A model generated the notes under the pieces. The model was not told the origin of the DNA, made no database searches, and saw only the letters and a list, made by a program, of their open reading frames with translations. Below, piece by piece: positions 1 through 7,950 of a DNA stretch of 32,000 nt. Location of the stretch: contig NZ_LGHJ01000015.1 in NCBI RefSeq assembly GCF_001306055.1, positions 60,001-92,000 of the forward strand. The letters are read 5' to 3'. Position numbers and translations under genes: made by a program. The stretch is from Bellilinea caldifistulae. Its GTDB lineage: Bacteria; Chloroflexota; Anaerolineae; Anaerolineales; Anaerolineaceae. The first letter of the stretch is position 1; every line of letters starts with the position of its first letter.

Positions 1-478
1 TGATGATCAGGCGCGGATTTTTGATCAGCACATCCGCCACGCCCAGCCGCTGGCGCATACCGCGCGAGAAGGTGCCCACCCGTTTATCCGCCACCTCGCG
101 CAGGCCGACCCGTTGGAGGGCCTCATCCACGCGCGCCGGCAGCTGCGGAGTGGGAATGGGGTTCAGACGGGCAATGTAGGTCAGGTTTTCGCGGGCGGTC
201 AATTCGTCGTAAAAACCGACCTGATCGGGCAGGTAGCCAACCCGCGATTTGACGCTGAGCGGCTGGCGGGTGGGGTCGAGTCCCAGCACCCGCACCGAGC
301 CGGAGGTCGGCTCGGTCAGGCCCAGCAGCATGAGGATGGTGGTGGTCTTCCCCGCACCGTTGGGACCGAGCAGACCGAACACCTCGCCAGCCTGAACCTG
401 CAGGTTGAGATGATCAACCGCCACGAAGGAGTTGTATTTTTTGGTCAGGTCGCGGGTTTCAAGGACGGTCTCGCTCAT
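1..478 (-). CDS. ABC transporter ATP-binding protein (N-terminal ~159 aa; 3' end lies beyond the window edge)
   Basis: My own minus-strand translation from ATG 478-476 gives [54 protein letters not shown]... It has Walker A (GPNGAGKT) and a signature-like FSRGMRQRL. It is absent from the ORF track because it is open at the window edge. The + ORF 113..619 is its antisense shadow. Confidence 0.85.
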   Translation of the reverse strand, partial: MSETVLETRDLTKKYNSFVAVDHLNLQVQAGEVFGLLGPNGAGKTTTILMLLGLTEPTSGSVRVLGLDPTRQPLSVKSRVGYLPDQVGFYDELTARENLTYIARLNPIPTPQLPARVDEALQRVGLREVADKRVGTFSRGMRQRLGVADVLIKNPRLII

Positions 479-515
479 ACTCACCTCCACAGAGAAAGAA
501 ATCGGGAAGCGAGGA

Positions 516-1682
516 TCAGCGCCGCCCAAAGCGGGAAACCGCCATGCCCACCGCCGCTACCGCCACCGCAATCAGGGCAATGCCAGCCACACCCCACAGG
601 GTCGAGGTCACCACGGTGATGCGGAACTCGGCGGATTGCTGCTTGCTGTCCACCGGGCGAGCGTTGATGGTCAGCAGGTAGTCACCGGCAACCGCTTTTT
701 CGGCAGGTTTGATGGTGGCGGTGACTTCCACCTGCTGGCCAGCGGGGATTTCGACGATTTCCTTGGGCTCAAAGGTAACCGACCAGCCGCTGGGTTCAAT
801 GGAGCTGAGTTGAATGCCGCGCAGCGCAGCCGTACCGGTGTTCTTGAGGATGATCTTGAGTGGATTGTCCTGTCCGGCAGTCGCCTGACCGGAAAGCCGC
901 CCATCGGGGGTGGTGATGGAGAGACGCCCTTCACCGATCACATCGGCAGCCAGATCCATGCTGGCTTCCACATCACCGGCGCGGGCGTAGATTTTGAAGG
1001 GGTAACGCCCGGCTTCGAGGGTGATGAGCGGTTCGGCGACGACCGTCAGGTTCTTGCTTTCGTTGGCCGCCAGTTGAATTTCGGTGACGGTCTGGCCAGC
1101 CGATTCAAAGCGTACCTGCATGTTGGTCGGTTGATCGGCCGACAGGGCAACGGTCAGGTCTTCACCACCTTCATTCTTGAGGGTCACGGTGTAGCGGAAG
1201 GTGGTGCTGGGTGTGCCGCGCTGAATCGGCAGTCCGTCCATGTCCAGCGAAAGGCGCGGGGGCAGTTTTTCCTTGACCGTCAGGATGATGGGTATTTCGG
1301 CGGTTTGGGTTTTGCCCTTTGCCACCACCTTCATGGTGTATTTACCGGCTTCGGGGTTGGCGGGCGGTTCGATGCGCACATCCACATTGACGGTGGTTTC
1401 GCCATCCAGGTAGACCGCATCCACAATCCGGTTGCCGCCGCGGAAACTGGCTTCCCAGCCTTCCGGCAGCCCCGCCATTTCCAGATTGACCATTTGCGGG
1501 CTGTCTGCACGCAGCTTAAGGGTGAGGGTGACCACTTCGCCAAAGCCGATGATCTGGCTTGGGTAGGTGGTAGAGATGGTCAGCCCGGCAGCAGGGGTTT
1601 CATCCTGAGCCTGCACCGGAAGCGGTAGCACGAACAAAGCAATCAGCAGCAAAACCAGTGAAATCGGCAGCAGACGCTTCAT
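516..1682 (-). CDS. Secreted, C-terminally membrane-anchored repeat protein (NEW3/CARDB-like beta-sandwich repeats; ABC-transporter-associated, COG1470-like)
   Basis: Signal peptide [25 protein letters not shown] and a C-terminal TM helix [21 protein letters not shown] followed by RFGRR. Internal repeated segments include ...[13 protein letters not shown]... and ...[16 protein letters not shown]... RBS aaaggag lies before ATG 1682. The gene ends 38 nt upstream of the ABC ATPase on the same strand. Confidence 0.7.
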   Translation of the reverse strand: MKRLLPISLVLLLIALFVLPLPVQAQDETPAAGLTISTTYPSQIIGFGEVVTLTLKLRADSPQMVNLEMAGLPEGWEASFRGGNRIVDAVYLDGETTVNVDVRIEPPANPEAGKYTMKVVAKGKTQTAEIPIILTVKEKLPPRLSLDMDGLPIQRGTPSTTFRYTVTLKNEGGEDLTVALSADQPTNMQVRFESAGQTVTEIQLAANESKNLTVVAEPLITLEAGRYPFKIYARAGDVEASMDLAADVIGEGRLSITTPDGRLSGQATAGQDNPLKIILKNTGTAALRGIQLSSIEPSGWSVTFEPKEIVEIPAGQQVEVTATIKPAEKAVAGDYLLTINARPVDSKQQSAEFRITVVTSTLWGVAGIALIAVAVAAVGMAVSRFGRR

Positions 1683-1856
1683 ACTTCTTCACTCCTTTTG
1701 TGCAAAGATGTAAAGAATGTGGGGTTTTTGACGGATGCTATCCTACTACAACAAGATAAGAAAATGATTAGAGAATTGTTAAGGTTCTTCCTTAACGGCA
1801 TGCCGGGGCAGGTGTCCGTTCTGCCCCGGTAGCGTAAGAAAAAAATTGAAGGAGGA

Positions 1857-3152
1857 TTAATCCGTTGCGATAGACGGCTCGGCAGCTGCCACGATGATCT
1901 TCCCGCCGGGCTGCTGATCATCCAGCGTGTTGATCATCCGGACGGTTAAGCCGATGAAACCCATCAGCAGGCACATCCCACCGCCGAACAGATACCACGC
2001 CCGCAGCCCGAGCAACTCCGCCACCGGCGCGCCGATCATCATTCCCAACGGCATCATCGCCTGTGCCAGACTGTTGACCAGAGTAAAAACCCGTCCCTGC
2101 ATGTGCGGCTCAATTTTGGATTGGAGCAGGGCGAACAACGGGCCGTTGGTGAGCGGGTTCATGATGCCGGAAATCAACATGCCACTCCACGCAATCCAGT
2201 AGCCCCAGGCCGGGGCTGCCCCGGTGATCAACACGCCGACGCCGATTCCCATCAGGGAGAGCATGGAAGTGATGATCTTGCGCCGAAAACCGCCCCAGGC
2301 GCTCAGCAGCAGGCCGCCCGCCACTGCCCCCACCCCCCAAGCCGATTGCATCCACGCCAGCTGCAAAGCGCCGCCGTTGAAGTGGCGGGTTACCAGCAGC
2401 GGCATGAAAGCCGAGCCGGGGCTGAGCAAGAAGTTGACCATGGCCGCCATGAGCAGAAGGGTGAAAATTCCCGGCCACGAAACCACATAGCGGAAACCGC
2501 CGCGCACATCTGCCCATACCGTTTTCGGCGTGACCGCAAGGTGGGCATCTTGACGGACGGGCTGGGGGATGGCGATGAATAAAAGCGGCAGAATTGCCAG
2601 CCCGGCGGTCACAATATCAATGGCCAGCACCTGAAAGATGGGCAAGGTGGCGATCAACAACGCGCCCAGCGGCGGCGCGCCGATGTTGATCAGACCGTTC
2701 AACGCCTGATTGGCCCCCGCAATGCGCGCAAGGTGCTGCTGGGGCACCATCAGCGAGGTGGAAGCCTGCATGGCCGGCCAGTGGAATGCGCCGCCGAGTG
2801 AGCGGATGAACAGAGCCACATAGACATGCCACAATTGCACCTGTCCGCTGGCAAATAAAACAACCAGTCCAACGGTTGCCAGGGCAACCAAACCATCGGC
2901 GGCGACCATCACCCAGCGACGGTTCCAGCGGTCCACCAGCGCGCCGGCAAACGGAGAAAGGAAGACCTGCGGCAGCAATCCGACCAGCGAGGCGCTCGCC
3001 AGCACGGCAGCCGAGCCGGTTTTCTCGGTCATCCACCAGACCAGCGCAAAATGAACCAGTCCGCTGCCCAGCAGGGAAAAGACCTGCCCGACCCAAATGG
3101 GGATGAAAATCCGCAGCCAGTGAGAGGGAGTTTTCTGTTCCAAAATTTGCAT
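1857..3152 (-). CDS. MFS transporter (MFS_3 / EntS-like topology, ~12 TM)
   Basis: 431-aa highly hydrophobic ORF with multiple TM segments. It has an MFS-like loop motif PFAGALVDRWNRR after TM2 and long reciprocal shadow ORFs on the + strand. Confidence 0.85.
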   Translation of the reverse strand: MQILEQKTPSHWLRIFIPIWVGQVFSLLGSGLVHFALVWWMTEKTGSAAVLASASLVGLLPQVFLSPFAGALVDRWNRRWVMVAADGLVALATVGLVVLFASGQVQLWHVYVALFIRSLGGAFHWPAMQASTSLMVPQQHLARIAGANQALNGLINIGAPPLGALLIATLPIFQVLAIDIVTAGLAILPLLFIAIPQPVRQDAHLAVTPKTVWADVRGGFRYVVSWPGIFTLLLMAAMVNFLLSPGSAFMPLLVTRHFNGGALQLAWMQSAWGVGAVAGGLLLSAWGGFRRKIITSMLSLMGIGVGVLITGAAPAWGYWIAWSGMLISGIMNPLTNGPLFALLQSKIEPHMQGRVFTLVNSLAQAMMPLGMMIGAPVAELLGLRAWYLFGGGMCLLMGFIGLTVRMINTLDDQQPGGKIIVAAAEPSIATD

Positions 3153-3249
3153 GAAAAAGAACCTTTATATCCCAGCCATGCCTGCTTCGAACGGCGTCGC
3201 CTACCGGCTTTGTCCGGTGCTTTGGGACGCCGCCGCAAAACAAGCGGCA

Positions 3250-3648
3250 TTATTCGATGTACACCTCGACGTGTTCGCCGTCTTCGTCATCGTAGACATC
3301 TACCAGATGTCCGCTCTCGCCGGATTGGATGAAAGCCATCAATTCGTTGACATCCAGTCCTTCAATTTCGGGGGCAAAGCGCATTCCCATGCGGATGCCG
3401 GAAGCGACCAGATTGAGCGGCAGGCGCACGTTGACGCGCGTCTTGCCGGTGTCGGTATCGGTCACGCGCACCCGCAGCCAGCGTCCGGCGCTTCCCGGCG
3501 GGGTGGGCGGAACGGGCGGGCGCGGAGCGCCTTTTACCTGAGCCGAACCGGTCTCCAGCGCTTCGAGCAGACGGGCAGCCTGATCGGCGGTGATTTTTCC
3601 TTCCTGCAATAATTGGAGAATTTTCAAGCGTTCTTCGGCGTTTGCCAT
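3250..3648 (-). CDS. DUF2089-partner protein with an N-terminal SHOCT-like / YvlB-LiaX-type helix
   Basis: From internal ATG 3648: MANAEERLKILQLLQEGKITADQAARLLEALE, then a Pro-rich linker and a beta-rich C-terminus. RBS aaaggaaaagg is upstream. It starts 25 nt after the DUF2089 stop. The track's start at 3690 would overlap the upstream gene. Confidence 0.65.
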   Translation of the reverse strand: MANAEERLKILQLLQEGKITADQAARLLEALETGSAQVKGAPRPPVPPTPPGSAGRWLRVRVTDTDTGKTRVNVRLPLNLVASGIRMGMRFAPEIEGLDVNELMAFIQSGESGHLVDVYDDEDGEHVEVYIE

Positions 3649-3673
3649 GCTACACCTTTTCCTTTCCGGCCTT

Positions 3674-4075
3674 TCAAGCCGTTTCCTCACGTTTACCCAG
3701 CAGCCGCTGGTGAGCCTCTTCCGGCGTGATCAACCCCTGCGCCAGCTCGTCCAGAATGCGCAGGCGATCCTCAGCGGTCAGGCGCACCGGGGTTTCTTCA
3801 CGTCCCGGTTCAAACCCCAGCGTCCGCAGAACTTCGTTGAAGCGGTTGCGCAGGGTGGGATAGGAGAGCCCCAATTCTTCCTCCATGCGGTTGAACCGGC
3901 CCTCGCAGCGAATGAAGGTCAGCAAAAATTGCAACTGCTCGCTGTTCAACGGAGCAAAGGGGTTGGCCGACGGGTGAAAATGTCCTTCAATGGTGGTGTC
4001 ACATTGGGCGCAATACAACCGGGTGACGAGTAATTGCGATGAGCACACCGGACAGCGGTTGAGAATGGGATTCAT
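3674..4075 (-). CDS. DUF2089 family protein (N-terminal zinc ribbon plus C-terminal HTH-like region)
   Basis: CPVCSSQL...CAQCDTTIEGHF zinc ribbon, followed by LNSEQLQFLLTFIRCEGRFNRMEEELGLSYPTLRNRFNEVLRTLGF, which matches the DUF2089 pattern as I remember it. RBS aggagg lies before ATG 4075. Confidence 0.75.
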   Translation of the reverse strand: MNPILNRCPVCSSQLLVTRLYCAQCDTTIEGHFHPSANPFAPLNSEQLQFLLTFIRCEGRFNRMEEELGLSYPTLRNRFNEVLRTLGFEPGREETPVRLTAEDRLRILDELAQGLITPEEAHQRLLGKREETA

Positions 4076-4142
4076 GCTTCCTCCTGTTGGATCGTTCGGT
4101 CAAACTGTTCTGGCTTGAATTTTGCCATGTTTATCTGCAATT

Positions 4143-4170
4143 ATTTTAATTGATAATTTAATTTTGTCAA
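4143..4170 (-). promoter_or_regulatory. Sigma-70-type promoter for the DUF2089 operon (TTGACA-16 nt-TAAAAT)
   Basis: On the minus strand, TTGACA lies at 4170..4165 and TAAAAT at 4148..4143, with a 16-nt spacer. The site sits in an AT-rich divergent intergenic region about 70 nt upstream of ATG 4075. Confidence 0.4.
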
Positions 4171-4369
4171 TAGTAAATTGAATTATTTTTATATTTTTTC
4201 AAGATTATTTAGTTATCTTGTGGGTCTTTTCCCGGAAGCGAAATGTCCATCCACTAAATTTTTTTTAACAATTGACCAAACCTTCAATCTCTTGCCCCGC
4301 TGTGTTATACTAATTTTTATCAACACGAACCCACATACACGCCGGTTGAATCAACCTGTGGGAGGAATT

Positions 4370-4870
4370 ATGAAGAATCTGCTCCTCATGCGGCATGCCA
4401 AGTCCAGTTTCAAAGAAGGAGAAATGCCCGACTTTGAACGTCCGTTGAGCAAACGTGGCGAAAAAGACGCCCCCCGAATGGGAAAACTGCTCAAGGACAA
4501 AAACCTTGTTCCCGATTTGATCCTCTCTTCGACCGCCGTCCGCGCCAGCCGCACCGCCGAATTGGTTGCCGAAAAGTGCGGGTACAAGGGTGAAATTGTG
4601 TACATCCAAAGCCTGTATCTTGGGGAACCGGAAGCCTATCTGGAAGCCCTGCGTGACCTGAAAGATGAGGATGATCGCCTGCAGACCGTGCTGGTGATCG
4701 GACACAACCCCGGTCTGGAAAGCCTGCTGCAGTTGCTGACCGACCACCTCGACTGCTTGCCCACCAGTGCGATTGCTTACCTGAAAGTGCCGGTGCGTTC
4801 GTGGAGCGCGCTGACGCCTCAGATCATTGCCGGGTTGGAAAATCTCTGGCGGCCGCGCGATTTGAAGTGA
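4370..4870 (+). CDS. sixA: SixA-like histidine phosphatase family protein
   Basis: From ATG 4370, preceded by GGAGG at 4361-4365: MKNLLLMRHAKSSFKEGE with the RHA catalytic motif, and a second catalytic His in VIGHNPGLE. Size is ~166 aa. The track's upstream extension from 4178 is AT-rich and implausible as coding. Confidence 0.8.
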   Translation: MKNLLLMRHAKSSFKEGEMPDFERPLSKRGEKDAPRMGKLLKDKNLVPDLILSSTAVRASRTAELVAEKCGYKGEIVYIQSLYLGEPEAYLEALRDLKDEDDRLQTVLVIGHNPGLESLLQLLTDHLDCLPTSAIAYLKVPVRSWSALTPQIIAGLENLWRPRDLK

Positions 4871-4898
4871 CCCCTTCCGTCGAGGGGGCAAGAACGCC

Positions 4899-5192
4899 GT
4901 TGCGTTCGGGATGACATTAACCGCGTATACGTCATTCTTTACGAGCGCAGCGAGCGTGGCAATCTCCCGCAAAGCAAGGCAGGAGATTCTCAACTGCCCT
5001 TTACCGTACGCAGTGTGGGAGATGTCCACCTGCACTGCACCGTACGCAGTGCGGTGCAAGTGTCGCTGACGCTCGACATGACATTAACCGCTTATACGTC
5101 ACCGCGAGCGAGCGCAGCGAGCGTGGCGGTCTCCGGCAGGGCCGTTGCGGAGCGGTTTACGTCATTCTTTACGAGCGCAGCGAGCGAGGCAA
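4899..5192 (+). repeat. Composite intergenic repeat, locus A (hairpin 17-mer module, ~108-bp core, and a second partial unit)
   Basis: Exact 17-mer gtggcaatctcccgcaa at 4956-4972. The core at 4983-5091 is near-identical to 6934-7041 and 27491-27599. The motif gacattaaccgc recurs at 4913 and 5079. Confidence 0.85.
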
Positions 5193-5657
5193 TCAGAACG
5201 GGGCGGCGGGCGTAGCCCGCCGCAGGGCGAAGCGCAGACCGGCGGGCGTTAGCCCGCCGGTGAGCGTAGCCCGTCCCGTTCTTGGCGTGAGGCGCAAAGC
5301 CGAGCGATTATGAGCGAGCAACAAGCGAGCGAATGCGAGGCTTTGCAAGGGGAAGCCCCCCTGGGGGGGCGGGGGACTGAGGCGGGGGGGCAGAGCGAGG
5401 CGGGCTTTGCCCGCTGAGCGGAATTGCTTTTGGGGCGGGTTTAGCCGATTGCGGAGCGGAGCAACGGCGTTTGAACCCGCCCCTTACCTTGTCAAGAATA
5501 GGGCTTGTCCTTTGCGGGTTCTTGTGTTTCCGCAAGGTGTAAGCCCTATGGAGTTTTACCACTATATGTGGTGGTGTCTATTGTCACTTGTGCCATATAT
5601 GGGGGTTGTGCTAGATTATTGATATTGTTCGTCTATTCCCATTTTTCGAGGTGAAGC

Positions 5658-5906
5658 ATGTTTGGCAAATGTGATGGTTTGGATGATGCGGTTAAAAACC
5701 TTGCTGTTCTTTATGCGGCACAGGTTGACCTAATGAGAGAGGCAAGGGGGCGGGGTAATATCCCTGCTTTCAACGTTGCTTATTTTTTTGCTGATGTGCT
5801 TGATTGTTTGGGCCGGCTGGATAGGGAAAGTCTGATTTTGATAATGGGTGAGAAAGTCGGGAATAAGGTTTGGGATGAGGTAAAGCCCAGTGGATGCACG
5901 CATTAG
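5658..5906 (+). CDS. Hypothetical small protein (82 aa) in a low-GC islet
   Basis: RBS gaggtg lies 5 nt before ATG 5658. I recognise no motif. It overlaps the downstream HTH gene by 17 nt in a different frame. Confidence 0.45.
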   Translation: MFGKCDGLDDAVKNLAVLYAAQVDLMREARGRGNIPAFNVAYFFADVLDCLGRLDRESLILIMGEKVGNKVWDEVKPSGCTH

Positions 5907-6129
5907 CCGGATTGAGTTTAGCAAGCGGCAACGTCAGGTATTGGCGTTGATTGCGCAGGGTTACACGACTGGCCAAATTGCTTGTGCCCTTGGCATTAGT
6001 CGGCGTACTGTTTTGGCGTATTCTGCATATTTGCGCAGTCTGACTGGGGCGGCTAATAATGCTGGTCTGGTAAATGTTTGCTGGCAGATCGGTGTTTTGC
6101 CTTTGGATTGTGCCGGCCTATCAACGTGA
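5890..6129 (+). CDS. Stand-alone LuxR/GerE-type HTH DNA-binding protein (79 aa)
   Basis: FSKRQRQVLALIAQGYTTGQIACALGISRRTVLAYSAYLRSL matches the LuxR C-terminal HTH pattern (xxRExxVLxLxxxGxSxxEIAxxLxISxxTVxxH). There is no receiver or ligand domain. Confidence 0.6.
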   Translation: MDARISRIEFSKRQRQVLALIAQGYTTGQIACALGISRRTVLAYSAYLRSLTGAANNAGLVNVCWQIGVLPLDCAGLST

Positions 6130-6390
6130 AGCCGAAGCCCGCAAGCGGAGCTTTGCGGGCGGAGGCTTGACCTACCCTTTGCCCCCGCAGGGGGCAAGCG
6201 CATTGTGGGGGGCTTGCCCCCCACAGGGCGCAAGCTTTCAATGGCGGACATTTGCTAGCCCGCAGCCCGGAGGGCAAGGGCGGTAGCAAAGGACGCCGTG
6301 AGGCGGGCGGGTTTTGTGCGTGAGTGAAGCGGAGCGGAGCGAACGCACGAAAACCCTACCTTGATTAGCCCGCCGAACTTACCTTTGGTT

Positions 6391-6635
6391 CTGAATCATG
6401 ATTCACGACTGGTGGCTAGGCTGACTGCGGTGGCCAGTCTGACTGTGGTATGAATCACGACTGGTGGCTAGGCTGACTGCGGCATGATTCACCACTGGTG
6501 GCCAGGCTGACTGTGGCATGATTCACGACTGGTGGCCAGGCTGACTGTGGCATGATTCACGACTGGTGGCCAGGCTGACTGCGGTGGCCAGGCTGACTGT
6601 GGCATGAATCACGACTGGTGGCCAGGTGAATCACT
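6391..6635. repeat. Tandem array of about 6 head-to-tail units of 34 bp, two of them extended to 52 bp by an 18-bp sub-repeat
   Basis: Units lie at 6398-6449 (52 bp), 6450-6483, 6484-6517, 6518-6551, 6552-6603 (52 bp) and 6604-~6632 (partial). Consensus is atgattcacgactggtggccaggctgactgtggc. The array opens with the 12-bp palindrome gaatcatgattc (6393-6404). Confidence 0.9.
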
Positions 6636-6693
6636 ACGATCTACTTTATTCACTTACGGCGGTGGTTGAATGGTTGCTTGCTGCTTTGTGTTA

Positions 6694-6729
6694 GTTTCAA
6701 TCCGTTGTTCTGAGACGATTTATCGAAAC
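6694..6729 (+). repeat. Solo 36-nt CRISPR-repeat-like sequence (gtttcaatcc...cgaaac)
   Basis: Sequence is gtttcaatccgttgttctgagacgatttatcgaaac, with GTTTCAATCC and GAAAC termini. After 30 nt comes a weak look-alike, ctttcaatcatc..., at 6760. There is only one good copy and no cas genes in the window. Confidence 0.2.
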
Positions 6730-6794
6730 TAAGTGTTTCAGGGTAAGCCATTGCCCTTGCTTTCAATCATCTAGTTTTTCTCCCTGCTCCCCCA

Positions 6795-7062
6795 CAGCGA
6801 GCGTGGCAATCTCCCGCAAAGCAGGGCAGGAGATTCCTCACTTCGTTCGGAATGACGTTTACGGGTATCCGTCGCCGCGAGCGAGCGCAGCGAGAGCGGC
6901 AATCTCCGGCTAGGCCGTTGCGGAGGCTGGGCGGAGATTCTCACCTGCCCTTTACCGTACGCAGTGCGGGAGATGTCCACCTGCACTGCACCGTACGCAG
7001 TGCGGTGCAAGTGTCGCTTCGCTCGACATGACATTAACCGCGTATCCGTCGCCGCGAGCCGC
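6795..7062 (+). repeat. Composite intergenic repeat, locus B
   Basis: 17-mer at 6803-6819, a second variant gcggcaatctccgg at ~6897, and the core at 6934-7041. It ends 3 nt before the stop of the MBL hydrolase gene. Confidence 0.85.
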
Positions 7063-7064
7063 CC

Positions 7065-7748
7065 TTACAGGCTCAGGCTTTCTCCCGGTTTGAGGATGTG
7101 AACCCGGCTGCCGGTCTCCTGCTCGACCTGCTGCGCCCAGCGCTGAACGTCCTGGGCAATCAGCGGGAAGGTGTCGTAATGAATCGGGACGACGTGCCGG
7201 GGGGAGATCAATTTGACTGCTCGCAGGGCATCCGCCGGCCCCATGGTGTAGTTATCCCCAATTGGCAGTACCGCCAGATCAATGCCCTCTTCGCCGATCA
7301 GGCGCATATCGCCGAATAAACCGGTGTCCCCGGCCAGGTAGATTTTCTGGCCCTCATTGGTCGTCAGCAGAAAGCCGGCCGGGTTGCCGCCGTAACTGCC
7401 ATCCGGCAAAGCCGAGCCGTGCAGCGCCAACGTCAATTTGAGGTAGCCAAACGGGTGGTGAAAACCGCCGCCCAGGTGCTGGGCGTGAGTCTTAACCCCT
7501 TGTTTGGCGATCCAGTTGCAAATTTCAAAATTGCTGATGACCAGCGCGTTGCTGTGTTTGGCGATCTCCACCGCATCGCCGACGTGGTCGCCGTGCCCGT
7601 GGGTGATCAGCACAAAGTCGGCGGTCACACTTTCCGGCGAGGCGCTGGCAGCCGGGTTGCCGCTCAGGAACGGATCCACCAGCAAACGATAGCCGCCCGT
7701 TTCCAGACCGAGGGCAGCATGTCCAAACCAGGTCAGTTTGACGCCCAT
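7065..7748 (-). CDS. Metal-dependent hydrolase, MBL fold (UPF0173 family)
   Basis: MGVKLTWFGHAALGLETGGYRLLVDPFLSGNP and the HGHGDH metal-binding motif (ITHGHGDHVGD). RBS aaaggagg lies before ATG 7748. Confidence 0.85.
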   Translation of the reverse strand: MGVKLTWFGHAALGLETGGYRLLVDPFLSGNPAASASPESVTADFVLITHGHGDHVGDAVEIAKHSNALVISNFEICNWIAKQGVKTHAQHLGGGFHHPFGYLKLTLALHGSALPDGSYGGNPAGFLLTTNEGQKIYLAGDTGLFGDMRLIGEEGIDLAVLPIGDNYTMGPADALRAVKLISPRHVVPIHYDTFPLIAQDVQRWAQQVEQETGSRVHILKPGESLSL

Positions 7749-7840
7749 TTGAAAAATCCTCCTTTGGTCAATGTGGATAGTTTTATATTAACCGAAGTTG
7801 GGGATAATGAAAATAGTCCGATGACCCAATCAAAATATAC

Positions 7841-7950
7841 CATGGGCGTGGCAATCTCCCGCAAGGCTGTTGCAGGGGGGCGGGAGACTCCCCTGCACTG
7901 TAAAGTGTCCCTGCGTTCGAAGTGACGTTAAAAAGGGCATGTCATTGCGA
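7841..7950 (+). repeat. Intergenic repeat, locus C (hairpin 17-mer module plus gcgttcgaagtgacgtta and gtcattgcga motifs)
   Basis: 17-mer at 7848-7864, with right arm gcgggaga complementary to tctcccgc. The gtcattgcga motif at 7941-7950 supplies the stop codon and last codons of the cupin gene. Confidence 0.75.

Noticed and set aside
432-1628. The 398-aa + strand ORF (and 113..619) at the left edge
   Set aside because: They are shadows of the minus-strand NEW3-like gene and ABC ATPase gene. Their translations are Gly/Arg-rich and contain no motifs.
1803-1829. Hairpin ccggggcag-gtgtccgtt-ctgccccgg downstream of the MFS gene, read as an intrinsic terminator
   Set aside because: On the transcribed (minus) strand the T-run precedes the stem instead of following it. 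It does not fit the canonical terminator layout, so I have not annotated it.
4310-5059. Minus-strand ORFs running through the repeat loci (4310..5059, 6771..7034, 27085..27567) that share the peptide RTA(Y/F)GA(V/A)QVDIS(H/R)TA(Y/F)GKGQ
   Set aside because: They have no consistent start, RBS or length. 4310..5059 is antisense to the well-supported sixA-like gene. All differences between copies are non-synonymous, and the nucleotide changes fit + strand RNA pairing better.
6397-6635. The tandem 34-bp array read as a CRISPR array
   Set aside because: Units are directly contiguous, or separated only by another copy of their own 18-bp sub-module. There are no unique spacers, and no cas genes occur in the window.
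6398-6635. Each 34-bp unit starts with ATG and encodes a mini-ORF, MIHDWWPG-stop. The tandem Trp codons recall a trp-type leader peptide.
   Set aside because: There is no RBS before any copy, and no amino-acid biosynthesis genes lie downstream; only repeats and a convergent hydrolase gene follow. The periodic stop is simply part of the repeat, so this is most likely coincidental.
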